From the NCBI GenBank assembly GCA_951406725.2, contig OX597820.1:93062001-93126000 (forward strand): a DNA stretch of 64,000 nucleotides, in the 5' to 3' direction. The position numbers were made by a program, and so were the translations under genes. The stretch comes from Octopus vulgaris. Taxonomy: Eukaryota. Of this stretch, positions 11,627 to 24,237 are shown in pieces. The first letter of the stretch is position 1. Each line of letters starts with the position of its first letter. The notes below the pieces were generated by a model. That model was not told the DNA's origin. It saw only the letters and a list, made by a program, of their open reading frames with translations, and did no database searches.

Positions 11627-12510
11627 GAATGAAATACGGAAGATGGAATATGCGAGAATTTATTTATTTATCGTAACCATGTCTCTAGCTTTAAGACAAT
11701 CAATAATGAGACATTCAGCTTCTTTGGCAGATTTTGTATGGTGACTGAAGGAGGATAAAATTGAAGTACAGCATAATTTGGTCCATAGTAAGGCCCGCGA
11801 AAACCTACAATATAATTTCCTGGAGATGCCGTCTCTGCTCCGAGGAATCCCTGTCCATTCTGTGGACTAACGAGAAGATCGTTAATAGAATTTCTGAAAG
11901 ACTCTCGAGATGCCCACACGCATATAAATGTACTTTCGCACAATGCAGTGGGAATGAATTTTGAGTAACCGTTAGCATAATTTACAGTCAGGTATGGATG
12001 CCCTAAGCTTACTTTTAACCTCCCCATTCTTACAAACACCAAGAAGACAGTCAACTCTATTTCTGATCATGAGTGCACCAAACCTCATGTGTGTGTATGC
12101 TCACATTTTTGCTGTTGCGTGTATGAACGAGTGTACTCGTTTATGCAGCTTGCCCATGGGCGTTTATACATCCAAAATCCTTAACTGTTATTTTTAATAG
12201 TTTTCTCGCTGTGTTGCATGTTCGTTTCTCTTCTTTTTCATCTGTGATTTTATTTTTGATCTTCCATATAAATGAAGATATTTCCTCCGTCTGGCTGTCT
12301 TTCTTTCTACAAAACGAGAAGTTACATTGCGGAACTGTTATCTTAATGAGTTGTATCTATTTATCACCCGACGAGATACATCTGCACCGCCGGATTCTCC
12401 TGAAGCGGTTGTTGAGTGTCCCACCCATGAGGGACCTATGCAAGATGTGTCGAATCAATTGTTGCGATTAATAAATTCGCATATATTCTATCTTCCGTCA
12501 TTCATTGCAA
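11624..12510 (+). mobile_element. PLE 3' fragment with inverted terminal piece and hammerhead
   Basis: ORF 11761-11964 KYSIIWSIVRPAKTYNIISWRCRLCSEE...NRISERLSRCPH is the PLE endonuclease C-terminus. 11625-11664 is an imperfect inverted copy of 12470-12508. Confidence 0.75.
12363..12468 (+). ncRNA. Degenerate hammerhead motif with branched 77-nt stem II domain
   Basis: atcac CCGACGA gatacatct [ccgc/gcgg and gtccc/gggac hairpins] agatgtgtc GAAT caattg TT gcgat; two core substitutions. Confidence 0.6.
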
Positions 12511-12849
12511 TATACATAACGATCACTGTGAAAGTGACTATGCTTTACCAGTAAGCTACCAGGTAAAAAAAAATCGTTTCACTATCGATTATCTAAAATA
12601 TATAAGACGAAGAAGAAGTGTGTGTGTATGCATGTGTGTGAGTGTGTGCGTGCGTGTGTGCGTGCGTGCGTGCGTGTGTGTTAGTGCATGTGTGTGTGTG
12701 TGACCGACCATTAGGTTGATCCCACGTAAACTCAATATTTTTCATCCGATTTCATTCAGGCTTGGCAAATACGTTACTTATGTTCCACAGGTTTCCTACA
12801 CTCTTTAGATTTTTCACTTATGGGGAAATATGGCATAATGAGGCTTCTA

Positions 12850-13030
12850 GAGAAACTCAGAATGCTTCCATCTGCTGCTCTTACTTCATGTCATTAAGGG
12901 ACCAATCTCCTTCGACGACCTTCGCACAGTGGACGGCCACTTATGCAGCACTTTCAAAGATGCCTGCTCCAAACGGGAACTTTGGATACAAATGATCAAT
13001 ATGATAACGCACACAAACAGACGCACCCTG
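12850..13030 (+). mobile_element. Helitron Rep/helicase fragment
   Basis: From 12860: ECFHLLLLLHVIKGPISFDDLRTVDGHLCSTFKDACSKREL, the conserved LLLHVxGPTSFEDLRTVxG...TFxEAC motif between Rep and Pif1 helicase. Confidence 0.8.
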
Positions 13031-13124
13031 TCGAACTGGAAATACATTGCTCCTGAATCTTCTTGCTGGGGTTGGAATGAGCCATGGGTCAGTTCAGTCA
13101 GTTCATTCTGCCCACGTCGTCCAA

Positions 13125-13440
13125 ACATTACTCGTCAAGCAAAACACACCACTTGTTTCGTCAAGTTTCCTACTACCCAGAATTGGCTTCGTGTGACTCA
13201 TGGCTATACAAGGGGCGAAGAATTGAATCAACAGAAGACATTAAGTGTAATTCGACGGTAAAGCTCTACAGCAACCCAAATAGTAATTTCTAGAAATGTT
13301 TCCAGCAGTGGCGGGAAATGCTGGCAGGAGTGTGTAGACACCCAGGGCAAATACTTTGAAGGAGACTAAATCAAACTGGTGAGTTTTTTAATATTACTTG
13401 TTTCTTGGCCAAAGGTCGGATAATTTTTGACTACACCGCG
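13125..13440 (+). mobile_element. mariner transposon 3' end
   Basis: SYYPELASCDSWLY (YSPDLAPCDFWLF-like), KGRRIESTEDIK, KCFQQW, CVDTQGKYFEGD*. TIR ggtcggataatttttgactacaccgcg followed by TA. Confidence 0.8.
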
Positions 13441-13462
13441 TATATATAAATATATATATATA

Positions 13463-13534
<72 letters not shown>

Positions 13535-13866
13535 TATATACATACATATATATATATATACTCATATATATACATACATACCATATATACATATATATAC
13601 ATAGACATATATATACATATATATAACATATATATATGTACATATACATATATATACATATATATAACATATATATATGTACATATACATATATATACAT
13701 ATATATAACATATATATATGTACATATACATATATATACATATATATATATATACTCATATATATATATACATACCATATATACATATATATATATACAT
13801 ATACATATATATATATATATACTCATATATATACATACATACACACATGCATACATATATGCATAT

Positions 13867-13930
<64 letters not shown>
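13441..13930. repeat. Complex (TA)n/(CATA)n microsatellite with higher-order units
   Basis: ~490 bp of TA/CA dinucleotides with a ~42-bp unit repeated about three times around 13610-13740. Confidence 0.9.
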
Positions 13931-13931
<1 letters not shown>

Positions 13932-14751
13932 AATTATCTTGGAATTATTATATGCTAAAACCTAAAACTGGTAATAAGGTTATAGAGAATTTCTCGGGAT
14001 CTCAAAAGTGTCGTTAAATATAGTGAAGGCTAACATTAGCAGCAGGAAGCTGACTCATAAGAAACTTTGTACATATTCAGATAACACGAATAGCAGAGCT
14101 CTGCTGGAGTGGAAATATGTGTGAACCTGTAGTGCATTCTATTTATTTTATTGCCTGTAAAGTCATTATCCTCTACGTTCAATATTAAGCTGTATCTGTA
14201 CTACGGTATGTATCGATGTACCGACAGTGTAGTATGTTGCGAGAGAAATCAGAATAGTAGTATGTCGATGTATAATATATATCGTTTTTACAGTGGCGAA
14301 GTTTAACTTCAACATATATATTATTTTCATATCAATAGTTCTGCATATATTGTGTTGTCTGTAATAAAGAGTATATAATTAATTTTCGTACAATACATTT
14401 CAACAGTTGGAAACTTTTACTTCGGTATACATGGTTCCGTGTTGATGTGTTTAAATGTGGAGTAGAGAGCACCGACAAAGTTTAGGCTAACGGTCGTCAT
14501 CCGTAGCTGTGTCTGTTTTACATGTATGTGTGTATATGGGTCTACGTATGTATCTATGCGCATATTTATAAATGTCAGTGTATGTATATGTATGTCTATA
14601 AGCACACGTGTACCTAAATATATGAGTTTTTGTATATATGTATGACCATCTATGTAAATGTGTGTAGATATATGTATCTATATGTATACATATGTATGTA
14701 TGTGTGTATATATGTGTGTGTGTATGATGGATGTATGTATGTGTGTGTATT

Positions 14752-14926
14752 CGTTTATTTTACTTATTTTAGTCATTTGACTGCGGCCATGCTAAAGCAC
14801 CGCCTAGTACTTGTAAGCCTAGTATTTATTCTATCGGTCTCTTTTCCCGAACCGCTAAGTTACGAGTACGTAAACACACCAGCATCCGTTGTCAAGTGAT
14901 GTTGGGGTTACAACACAAACACACAA

Positions 14927-15014
<88 letters not shown>

Positions 15015-15175
15015 GACGGGCTTTTTTCACCTCCCGCCTACCAAATCCACTCACAAGCTTTTGATCGGCCCGAGGCTATAGTAGAAGACACTTTCCCAAG
15101 GTGCCACGCAATGGGACTGAACCCGGAACCATGTGGTTAGTAAGCAAGCTATTTATCACCCACCCACTCCTACGC
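14752..15175 (-). mobile_element. tRNA-derived SINE, family A
   Basis: Reverse complement of the 16875-17270 family, including the central CA/TA microsatellite. Confidence 0.85.
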
Positions 15176-15421
15176 TTTGTATATGTAAGTGTATGTAAAT
15201 GTACGCGTGTATGTATATGCACGAACACGATAATATTTGTCTAAGTATTACTCTTCCTTTCACGTTCTACTTTCTTTTTCCTCTAAGCAGTTGCAAAATC
15301 GAAAGCTGATTACGTCATTTTATCCAAACTAGAATGAATGTTTTCCATGTTCCTATTTCAATTTTTTGCGCTTTTACTATATTTTTTGTTTACTTATATT
15401 CATTCTCGACACTTTATCAAT

Positions 15422-15466
15422 GTATCTGAAGAGACCCAGATTGATGGGTCGAAACATATGTTGTAC
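15422..15466 (+). ncRNA. Minimal type I hammerhead ribozyme, intact core
   Basis: gtat CTGAAGA gaccca gattga tgggtc GAAA catatg TT gtac: perfect 6-bp stem II, palindromic stem III, GUU triplet, AATAAA 2 nt downstream. Confidence 0.8.
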
Positions 15467-15651
15467 CTAATAAAAGTCTAATACGAAATCCATCTCCTAC
15501 TATCAATTAATGCAGGAATGTAATCAAAATAATATATATATGGCCTGCTCGCTTAGCCAGCGGGGTGGCGTCATTCGAAGGCTAAAACAATGCGAACGCA
15601 TTGTGACCAGCGATGTGTAACAACATCTGATGGTCTGGTCGGTCATGTGAT

Positions 15652-15720
<69 letters not shown>

Positions 15721-15971
15721 TATACATACATACATAAATACATACATACATACATACATACATACATACATACATACATGCATACATATAAGAGGGATGA
15801 CCACTAAATGGACGTCCATTCGACTTCTGGCATAATGTATATATGTAATATATGTATGTAATATAATTTTTCTGAATCTTCAGATTTTTCTATCTGCTAG
15901 CCCACTGGTTTTAAACTGATATTAATCAAATTAATATTCAATTTTTCACCCTTATTATTATAAATTCATAT

Positions 15972-16033
<62 letters not shown>

Positions 16034-16042
16034 GCATATATA

Positions 16043-16096
<54 letters not shown>

Positions 16097-16122
16097 AGAG
16101 AGAGAGAGATATATAGATATAT

Positions 16123-16157
<35 letters not shown>

Positions 16158-16874
16158 TGTGTGTGTGTGTATTTTAATTCACTCAGACTGTGGCACCGCC
16201 TTTAAAAATTTTAGATGGGTACATCGACTCCAGTATTCATTTCGTATAAACCTTTTACTTTCTATATCGGTCTCTTTTCCTGAACCACTTGGTAACAGGA
16301 ATAATACTGTTAATACAAAATAATACTGGTTATCAAGAGGTAGTGGCGCAACAAACACAGTCACAAAGACACACATACACGCATACATTATGTCAGTTGT
16401 AACAAATTCATGAAAGGATACTCAATATTGGTTTATGGGTATAAACACTCACGTAAATTTCAGTAAACCTTTCATAACCGGACATTCTTTCATCCAATGA
16501 CTTGACTGTATGTGTGTAAGCCAGGATAAACAAAATTATGCAAAATTATACAATGGATATCATACAGGGATATACTAAGTTGTAGAGTAAAACATATATC
16601 TTTTGTTTTCTCTAAGGTCATACTTAACAAATAATAAAATTATCCTCTTCGGACATAGCTGTGCTATGTGTACTATAGTGGATATATATTGTGTCGACCC
16701 AATAGCAGAGTGCACTGCGTAGCAATATAGAGTGTTAGTAAATATTATAGTGTATTTAGAGGTGTTCAGGAAACTAATGTTGTTTGTGATATTTAAGTTG
16801 ACTATAATTTACATTGGGAGGAAAAAGTAACGAAAAGTACAGCACAAAGATGGGGTAGCAAACATAGAGTTGGC

Positions 16875-17270
16875 AGCTTGCTTAAGAGCAACATGGTTCC
16901 GGCTACGGTCCCACTGCGTGGCACCTTGGGCAAGTGTCTTCTGCTATAGCCTCAGGCCGACAATAGCCTTGGGAGTGGATTTGGTAGACGGAAACTGAAA
17001 GAAGCCCCTCGTATATATTTGTAAATATATGTATGGGTGTGTGTAAATGTTTGTGTCTGTGTTTGTCCCCCCAACATCGCTTGACAACCGATGCTGGTGT
17101 GTTTATGTCCCCGTAACTTAGCTGTTCGGCAAAAGGGACCGATAGAATAAGTACTATGCTTACAAAGAATAAGTCCTGGAGTCGATTTGCTCGACTAATG
17201 GCGGTGGTCCGGCATGGCCACAGTCAAATGACTGAAACAAGTAAAAGTGTAAAAAAAAAGAGTAAAAGAG
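16875..17270 (+). mobile_element. tRNA-derived SINE, family A
   Basis: catggttcc...cccactgcgtggcaccttgggcaagtgtcttc...gtagacggaaactgaaagaagccc, central microsatellite, tail catggccacagtcaaatgactgaaacaagtaaaag; many copies in this window. Confidence 0.9.
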
Positions 17271-17289
17271 TATTAGTTTAACACTCAGA

Positions 17290-18513
17290 TAATGGAAGAA
17301 CGTAAACAAAAATGCTTTAACGTTTCAAATATGTCCTCATCTTCTTAAAGATAGGCTACAGATGGAGAGCAAATAAAGAGGGAAAATTCTTTACTTTCAT
17401 ATATAAACGCAAACAGTAATTGTTTATTATTTATTTTACAGTTTTGATAATGAGTGGTAAAAAATTGCAGCTGAAGCCAGTGTACGCTACTTGTAGGAAA
17501 ATGGACTGAGCGCAAGGACAAGGGCAAAAGAAATTAATGATGTGCAAGGCAGAGGGAATATCAACGAATGTGTGGCAAAAAAAAACAGATTCAGAGGTTT
17601 CGAGAAAGGTAACATCACCATCGAAGAAAATCAAGGTCAGGGAAACTTTTTGTTGTGGATGATGTGGCCTTGTTTGAAATGTTTGAACTGCAGCTAAGTG
17701 CGCGCACTCGTTGTCGGCAGAACTTCGTCTTTCTCAAAGCACCATCAGTCGACACCTCCATAACCTTGGCTTTGTAACTTACGAACTAATCAATGATCTG
17801 TCTCGATAACGTGTAAATATTAGCAAATAACTGCTCGCAAATCCTCGAGATGCCCACTTTTGGCATCAAATTGTACCTAGAGATTTTATTTTCGTAATCC
17901 GAATAAAAGAAATAAGTAGTTTCATTCCAGCAAGGCTTCAAACCAAGGCAGTTTGAACAGAAGCTCATGTTGTGTGTTTAATGGAATTTCGAGGGGAAGT
18001 TGCTCTTTGAGCTTATTGTAGATGGTATTACTGAGAACACTAAACTGTATGCCCATCAACTGCTGCAAGTATGATGGTTTGAAAGCCTGCTACCTGACAT
18101 TGGCCAATTGAAGACGCACATTCCTGCATCATAACAATGCCTCAGCACACACTGCTAACGTAACCAAGCGCAAAAACATGAAGAACTTGAGGGGCTAAAA
18201 GTACTGCTTCACCCTGCCTACAGCCCAGATATTGTACCATCAGATTACCGTCTTTTCCTATCCGTGGTTGATTCCCTGCACAGACGGAGGTTTAACAATG
18301 TGGATGAAGTTGAAAATGAGAGCAGAGAGACTTTTTGCCACCAAATCAACTAAATGGTATAGGCATGGAATTGAGCTTCTGGTACAACGATGGTAACAGA
18401 CAATAGAACTTGATGGAATATATTTTGATGAATAAACGTTTTTTTTGTATGTAATTATTTTTAAACTATTAATTAAAGCTTGAAATCCAAAACAACTTTT
18501 GACTCAACCTGGT
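17290..18513 (+). mobile_element. mariner transposon, near full length, decayed
   Basis: FLHHNNASAHTANVTK and VLLHPAYSPDIVPSDYRLF at about 18120-18260, DGIYFDE* at the end; 3' TIR-like aaaacaacttttgactcaacctgg-TA. Confidence 0.8.
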
Positions 18514-18548
18514 ATATTATTTATATTATATAAATGGCATTTATATAA

Positions 18549-18800
18549 TATACGAGCAAAACGCACCCCGTCCAATGGATGGTGCTGATGTACTTGCGCG
18601 TACAAATGCACGTTCCCACGGCTTTATCGATCGCATTCTCACCTGGAATCGAATTTTGTAATTTTTTCAAAACTTATACACGCCCTGGTACCGTCGGTAT
18701 CTACATATCAAATTTGAGCGCAATCGGATGGAGGATGCCTGAGATCCTAGAAGACACACACACATACACACACACACAGAATGGATTTTATATAAGAGAT
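18549..18800 (-). mobile_element. Non-autonomous Helitron-like element
   Basis: Minus strand begins A|TCtcttatataaaa, then a (GT)n tract and ccgattgcgctcaaattt, and ends ...gggtgcgttttgctcgta (eroded CTAG end). This layout is typical of short Helitrons. Confidence 0.55.
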
Positions 18801-18895
18801 GTGCGTCTATATATATATTAGTTAATAAAGTGTATGATATACACCTGGTAGTTTACGGGTATAGTACGTTCACTTTCGCAGTGTTCGCTAGGTAT

Positions 18896-18950
18896 TTGAT
18901 TAATGAGAGACAGAAGATATTAGATGGGTCGAAACAATTGTAGTGATCAA
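18896..18950 (+). ncRNA. Degenerate hammerhead motif related to 15422
   Basis: ttgatta ATGAGA gac...gatgggtc GAAA caattg TA gtgatcaa, followed by AATAAA; the 5' core is eroded. Confidence 0.45.
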
Positions 18951-19006
18951 TAAACTTTCTCGTATTTTCTATTTTCTGTCACTCCTTAATCAAATAGATA
19001 TGTGTG

Positions 19007-19089
<83 letters not shown>

Positions 19090-19214
19090 GCACACATGTG
19101 TATATATATGTATGCCCATGTCGGCATGGACAACGGTCGTTAAATGATGATGATGATATATACACGAACACATACATATATACGAAGAGAAAGAGTAGGA
19201 GGAACACGCATACA

Positions 19215-19480
19215 CACAACATTGGCGTCACTTGCAAACGAGTGCGACTTGGTAGCATGTACCCTTCCTTCGCTAAATGTAGACCGGACACCTTCGCAGA
19301 ATTTTCACACTTCCCTTTGTAGAACATCGAAAATGCGACAACGGGTGGAAAGAAGGATTGTACGCATTTTCAGAGAACTGGGTCAACGTGAAGTGTAATA
19401 ACCCTTGCTCAAAGGTATTACGCACCGTTCGGTTCAGGAATCGAACCCACAACCTTATCATTGTGAACCCAACTTCGCTA
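19215..19480 (-). mobile_element. tRNA-derived SINE, family C
   Basis: Minus strand has B-box ggttcgattcc followed by ttgagcaag...acacttcacgttg; similar to 33000-33215. Confidence 0.6.
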
Positions 19481-19500
19481 ATATGTAATGTATGCGTGTA

Positions 19501-19532
<32 letters not shown>

Positions 19533-19583
19533 CCTCTCTCTCCCTCTCTCTCTCTCTCTCTCCCCCTCTCTCCCTCTCTCTCT

Positions 19584-19624
<41 letters not shown>

Positions 19625-19629
19625 GAATT

Positions 19630-19689
19630 TTATGCTGAAGGGAACAATAGGTAATTATGTTTTACTTCAAGTTCGAAACGCGTCTGTAA
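19630..19689 (+). ncRNA. Hammerhead motif (core variant CUGAAGG)
   Basis: ttatg CTGAAGG gaac..aggtaa/ttactt..gttc GAAA cgcg TC tgtaa; palindromic stem III, GUC triplet. Confidence 0.65.
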
Positions 19690-19867
19690 TTAACCACGAC
19701 CTTGTTTATTCATCTTAATTCACCTTTTTTCTTTCGCCTACGTTAAAAGTGTGTTATTTTCTCAGAGATCTTATGGTAGTGGAAAAGACATTAGCGTCTA
19801 TTTCTAATTCAGTACGTAGCGAGACACATAGCTGACCCCTTGTTATAATTATGTATATAATTATAAA

Positions 19868-19916
<49 letters not shown>

Positions 19917-20059
19917 AATATGAATCTGATAGTACTATCAAAATTACTATCACTAGTGGCAGCGAATACCAGACATACAGACAAAATTGATAAAATAGGC
20001 GGTGCTTCAGCGTGGCCGCAGTCAAATGACTGAAACAAATAAAAGAATAAAAGAATATA

Positions 20060-20117
<58 letters not shown>

Positions 20118-20231
20118 ATATTTCGGAATGGTCATATTGCCAGTTTAGCCAATAAAAACACACGCACTATATATTTGGTGTTATTTTGCTTCAGTGATAT
20201 TTATTTTTTACATTAATCTTAATCTTATTTC

Positions 20232-20276
20232 GGCCAAAGTTCTTTCGTCACACTCCTGTGACCGCATCAGTGGTCC
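20232..20276 (-). ncRNA. Hammerhead-like motif, left-arm copy
   Basis: Exact reverse complement of 22048-22092. Confidence 0.55.
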
Positions 20277-20760
20277 TTTGTTTTCTTCTCACTTACTTGT
20301 GTCTCTCCTTACTAACCGTCAGCCATTTTGTATTTCTATTGTATGTCTTCATTTGCGCATGCTTATATCTCTATGTGCGTCTATGTTTATTTAGTGTGTG
20401 TGTGGGGAGGATGCCTGTAATATTTGTATCTTCTGGTTATATACATTCTTGTAATTTGTATTTTGTTTTTGTTGTTGTTGCTTTTGTTCTAATTTTGTTC
20501 ATGTGTTTACATCCACCCATTATTATCATTACATATGCTTGTATGTATGTATAACAACAATATTAGTAATAATAATAATAAATCTAATCGAAAATCGAAA
20601 AAAAAAAAAAAAAAAAAGAATATACATATACATATATATATATACATACATATACATATACATATATATACATATATACACACATATATACACATATAGA
20701 TATTCATTTCTATTTCTTTAATTACCTGTGTATTTATTATGTTTGCAGGATCCACTATTG

Positions 20761-21190
20761 TCATATGTTGTGGTGTGCGCTATTGCTCCATTCTACTTTT
20801 CTATTCAGGCTAGGTTTATTTTCTATTATATGTGTAGCTTCTGTAATTTGTCTAATTGTTGCATCTGTTCTATGTGTGGACAATATCTTAATCTCTATGT
20901 TATTGATTGATCCCCCGTGTTCTTGTTCGGCGTGTTGGTACAGAATCGATGAGCTTTTACCTTCCTTGAGTTGTCTCCAATGTTCATTCACCCGCTCACC
21001 AATGCTTCTTGCAGTTTCCCCTACGTATGTTACTGTCTTGTTACTGCATCGTCCCTCTATACATCTTATACTATAGACCACATTTCTGGCTTTACAGTTC
21101 GTTTGTGGGCTAAATCTACATACAGTGCAATAGTTATCCGTACAGAGAGTTCTACTAAAAGGATAGCTTCTACCAATTATAGATCTGATA
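20761..21190 (-). pseudogene. GIY-YIG endonuclease domain of the PLE, open frame but 5'-truncated
   Basis: CTDNYCTVC..NCKARNVVYSIRC..TYVGETARSIGERVNEH..HAEQEH..RQITEATHIIENKPSLNRKVEW. Confidence 0.9.
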
Positions 21191-22047
21191 TAGCCATGAA
21201 GAAATTTGATAATATATTATGTAATGATAGGAATGGGATTTGCCCACTCTATAGGAACAAGTCATGGAACACTATAGAAAGGACAAAAAGAAAATAGGGA
21301 AGGCCAACTCTTGGTATGATAGCCATAAATACCAGTGTCATGTTCGTTGACACCACCCCTGGAGGTGAACTAGCGTACCGCTTTAGAAGGACCCTAGATA
21401 AACTTAAACTAAGAATTAAGGTTGTTGAAAAGCCAGGCAATCCTATCAGATCTATAATTGGTAGAAGCTATCCTTTTAGTAGAACTCTCTGTACGGATAA
21501 CTATTGCACTGTATGTAGATTTAGCCCACAAACGAACTGTAAAGCCAGAAATGTGGTCTATAGTATAAGATGTATAGATGTAATTAGATGTATAGATGTA
21601 ATTAAAGAAATAGAAATGAATATCTATATGTATATATATGTGTGTATATATGTATATATATGTATATGTATATGTATATGTATGTATATATATATATGTA
21701 TATGTATATTCTTTTTTTTTTTTTTTCGATTTTCGATTAGATTTATTATTATTATTACTAATATTGTTGTTATACATACATACAAGCATATGTAATGATA
21801 ATAATGGGTGGATGTAAACACATGAACAAAATTAGAACAAAAGCAACAACAACAAAAACAAAATACAAATTACAAGAATGTATATAACCAGAAGATACAA
21901 ATATTACAGGCATCCCCCACACACACACACTAAATAAACATAGACGCACATAGAGATATAAGCATGCGCAAATGAAGACATACAATAGAAATACAAAATG
22001 GCTGACGGTTAGTAAGGAGAGACACAAGTAAGTGAGAAGAAAACAAA

Positions 22048-22092
22048 GGACCACTGATGCGGTCACAGGAGTGTGACGAAAGAACTTTGGCC
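22048..22092 (+). ncRNA. Hammerhead-like motif (core variant CUGAUGC-G)
   Basis: ggacca CTGATGC g gtcaca ggag tgtgac GAAA gaac TT tggcc; perfect 6-bp stem II, in the PLE terminal region. Confidence 0.55.
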
Positions 22093-23902
22093 GAAATAAG
22101 ATTAAGATTAATGTAAAAAATAAATATCACTGAAGCAAAATAACACCAAATATATAGTGCGTGTGTTTTTATTGGCTAAACTGGCAATATGACCATTCCG
22201 AAATATAACAATATCTGTTTCAACACACGACTTCACATAAAAAATCTTGCACAACAAATATTTAAACGTATATATATATATATATATATATATATGAATT
22301 CATATTTGTATGTAATATAAGGTAAATAATGTTTTGTTAAATAACTATCTATATCAGTTCTTAATTATTCCCAAGGTAGCTATTGCTATGGGAATTGTTT
22401 CTTTTTTCAATCTCCATTTCTGGTTATCTCACTTTCTAGAAAATTCTTGTTTTGTTAATAATTCTGTCTGTTGTACGTGTGGTACGTCAATATTTGTGGT
22501 TTATGTCCTAAATGCTTATAGCTATATTTTTGTTGTATTTGTGCCGTTTGCTCTTTTCTTCCTATTATATTATTTTAGATGTTCATTTAAATGTCTGATA
22601 CTGAAAGGGAGAATTTTGGAGAATATATTCTCTTTAATTAACAAATATGTTAGGATAGATTCATAGTTACTTTTACGTCAAGGTTATTTTCTCGTCTTAT
22701 AAATGTGAATGTAGTGGTAGATTTATTTTTTTAGGGTAATGTGTAGCTCTAAATTGTGCATGTTGTAATAAAACATATCCTCATTTGTCTATTTATACCT
22801 TTTCTGTTTTTATTTACAGGCCTTGAGGAGTACATTTCGATTGCTATTTATTTAGATTGCTATCAATTTTTATCTCACAAAAAAAAAATGTTCATCTTCG
22901 TTTTTTTTTTTTATTATTATATTTATGCACTAAGTTGAAAATACGCATTTCTCTTTTAATGCCGGGTTGATTGATACGGTACATATTTGTAATATCTGTA
23001 ATTTTTGTTGGCGGGTACTGTGACTATCTGGTGGTAATTTGACTTATGCTCCGGTGGTGTTTACACGTCGTATATAATTGACCATTAGTGCAAACATTTA
23101 CAAAATGTCACTTATATAAGACAAGAAACAATACTACTTCACTTATAAATTAATGTTCCCACAGCATTTTCCTTATTCTCGTTTTATTTCGTTATTTTAT
23201 CGATATTAATGGATATTTTTTTGCAGTGAAGTAACATTGTTTGCTTTTCTTTGTCTCTGGTGCAATATTATTTCTTTCATTGAGCCAATGATAACAATTA
23301 CTACTTCTACTACAGTTACTACTACTGCTGTTGCTGCTACTACTACTACAACCAACACCACTACCATTATAAGAACTACTGCTTTAGTACTACTACCACT
23401 ACTACTAATACGATTTTTGTTATTGTGTGTTGTTGTACTGGTGGTGGTGGTGGTGGTGGTTAAAACAGTAGCTTGGCTGGAGGATGTAACAAAGTGTCAA
23501 CTGCCCACAATAAGTCAACTAAGGCAACACTCTACGTTCAAATTTCGAGAATTTTGCCGAGGTTTCGTACGGTTCCAAGCAACATTAATTTCTGTTGATG
23601 CTCTATCATCGCAATTACTCCCATCTTTTCAGTCCAGTTCATGAGCTTCGAAAGTGAATGGCAGAATTGGTAGGGCATTGAAGTTACAGTATGTACTGAT
23701 ATTTCTTTACGCCCTCACCTCAAATCCTACTAAGCCTGATTTGGTCCTTTATCTTTTCCTTACTGATAAAATAATACGTAACAGTCAAATAGCACAATTG
23801 GTGTAATCGACTGCAAAGCTATGCTATCTTGTTCGTAGGTTCGAGATAATTATTGTTGTTGATGTTGATGTGACTTTTGCTGTTTTTGCCATTGTTGTTA
23901 AG

Positions 23903-24237
23903 TGGCAGAAAGGCAGAATCGTTAGAGTATCGGGGAAAATGCTTTACACTCTGAGTTCAATTCCCGCCAAGGCCAGCTTCGGCTTTCATTCTTTCGGTAG
24001 TCAATAACATTAAGCAAATATTGGCTTCATATTTTGGCACAAGGCCATCATGTTGGGGGAGAGGGGCTAAGTCGATTACATACATACCAGTCTTCAACTG
24101 GTACTTATTTTATCAACCCCGAAAGAATGAAAGATAATGTCGACTCTGGTTGATTTAGAACTCTGAACGTAAGGATGAACGAAAAGCTGCTTAGCATTTC
24201 GCCCGGTGTGCTACCGGTTCTGCCAGCTTACCGCCTT
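23903..24237. mobile_element. Two family-B SINE copies, tail to tail
   Basis: Plus copy ggcagaatcgttag..ctgagttcaattcccgcc (about 23903-24020); minus copy about 24030-24237 ending tctgccagcttaccgcctt. Confidence 0.75.

Larger units (their letters stand above)
20110..22268. mobile_element. Young Penelope-like element as a head-to-head inverted duplication in (TA)n
   Basis: Near-identical inverted repeats 20110-20725/21598-22214 and 21056-21190/21444-21578. GIY-YIG ORF on the left arm; linker ORF (VMFVDTTPGGELA..IKVVEKPG) on the right arm. Confidence 0.9.
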
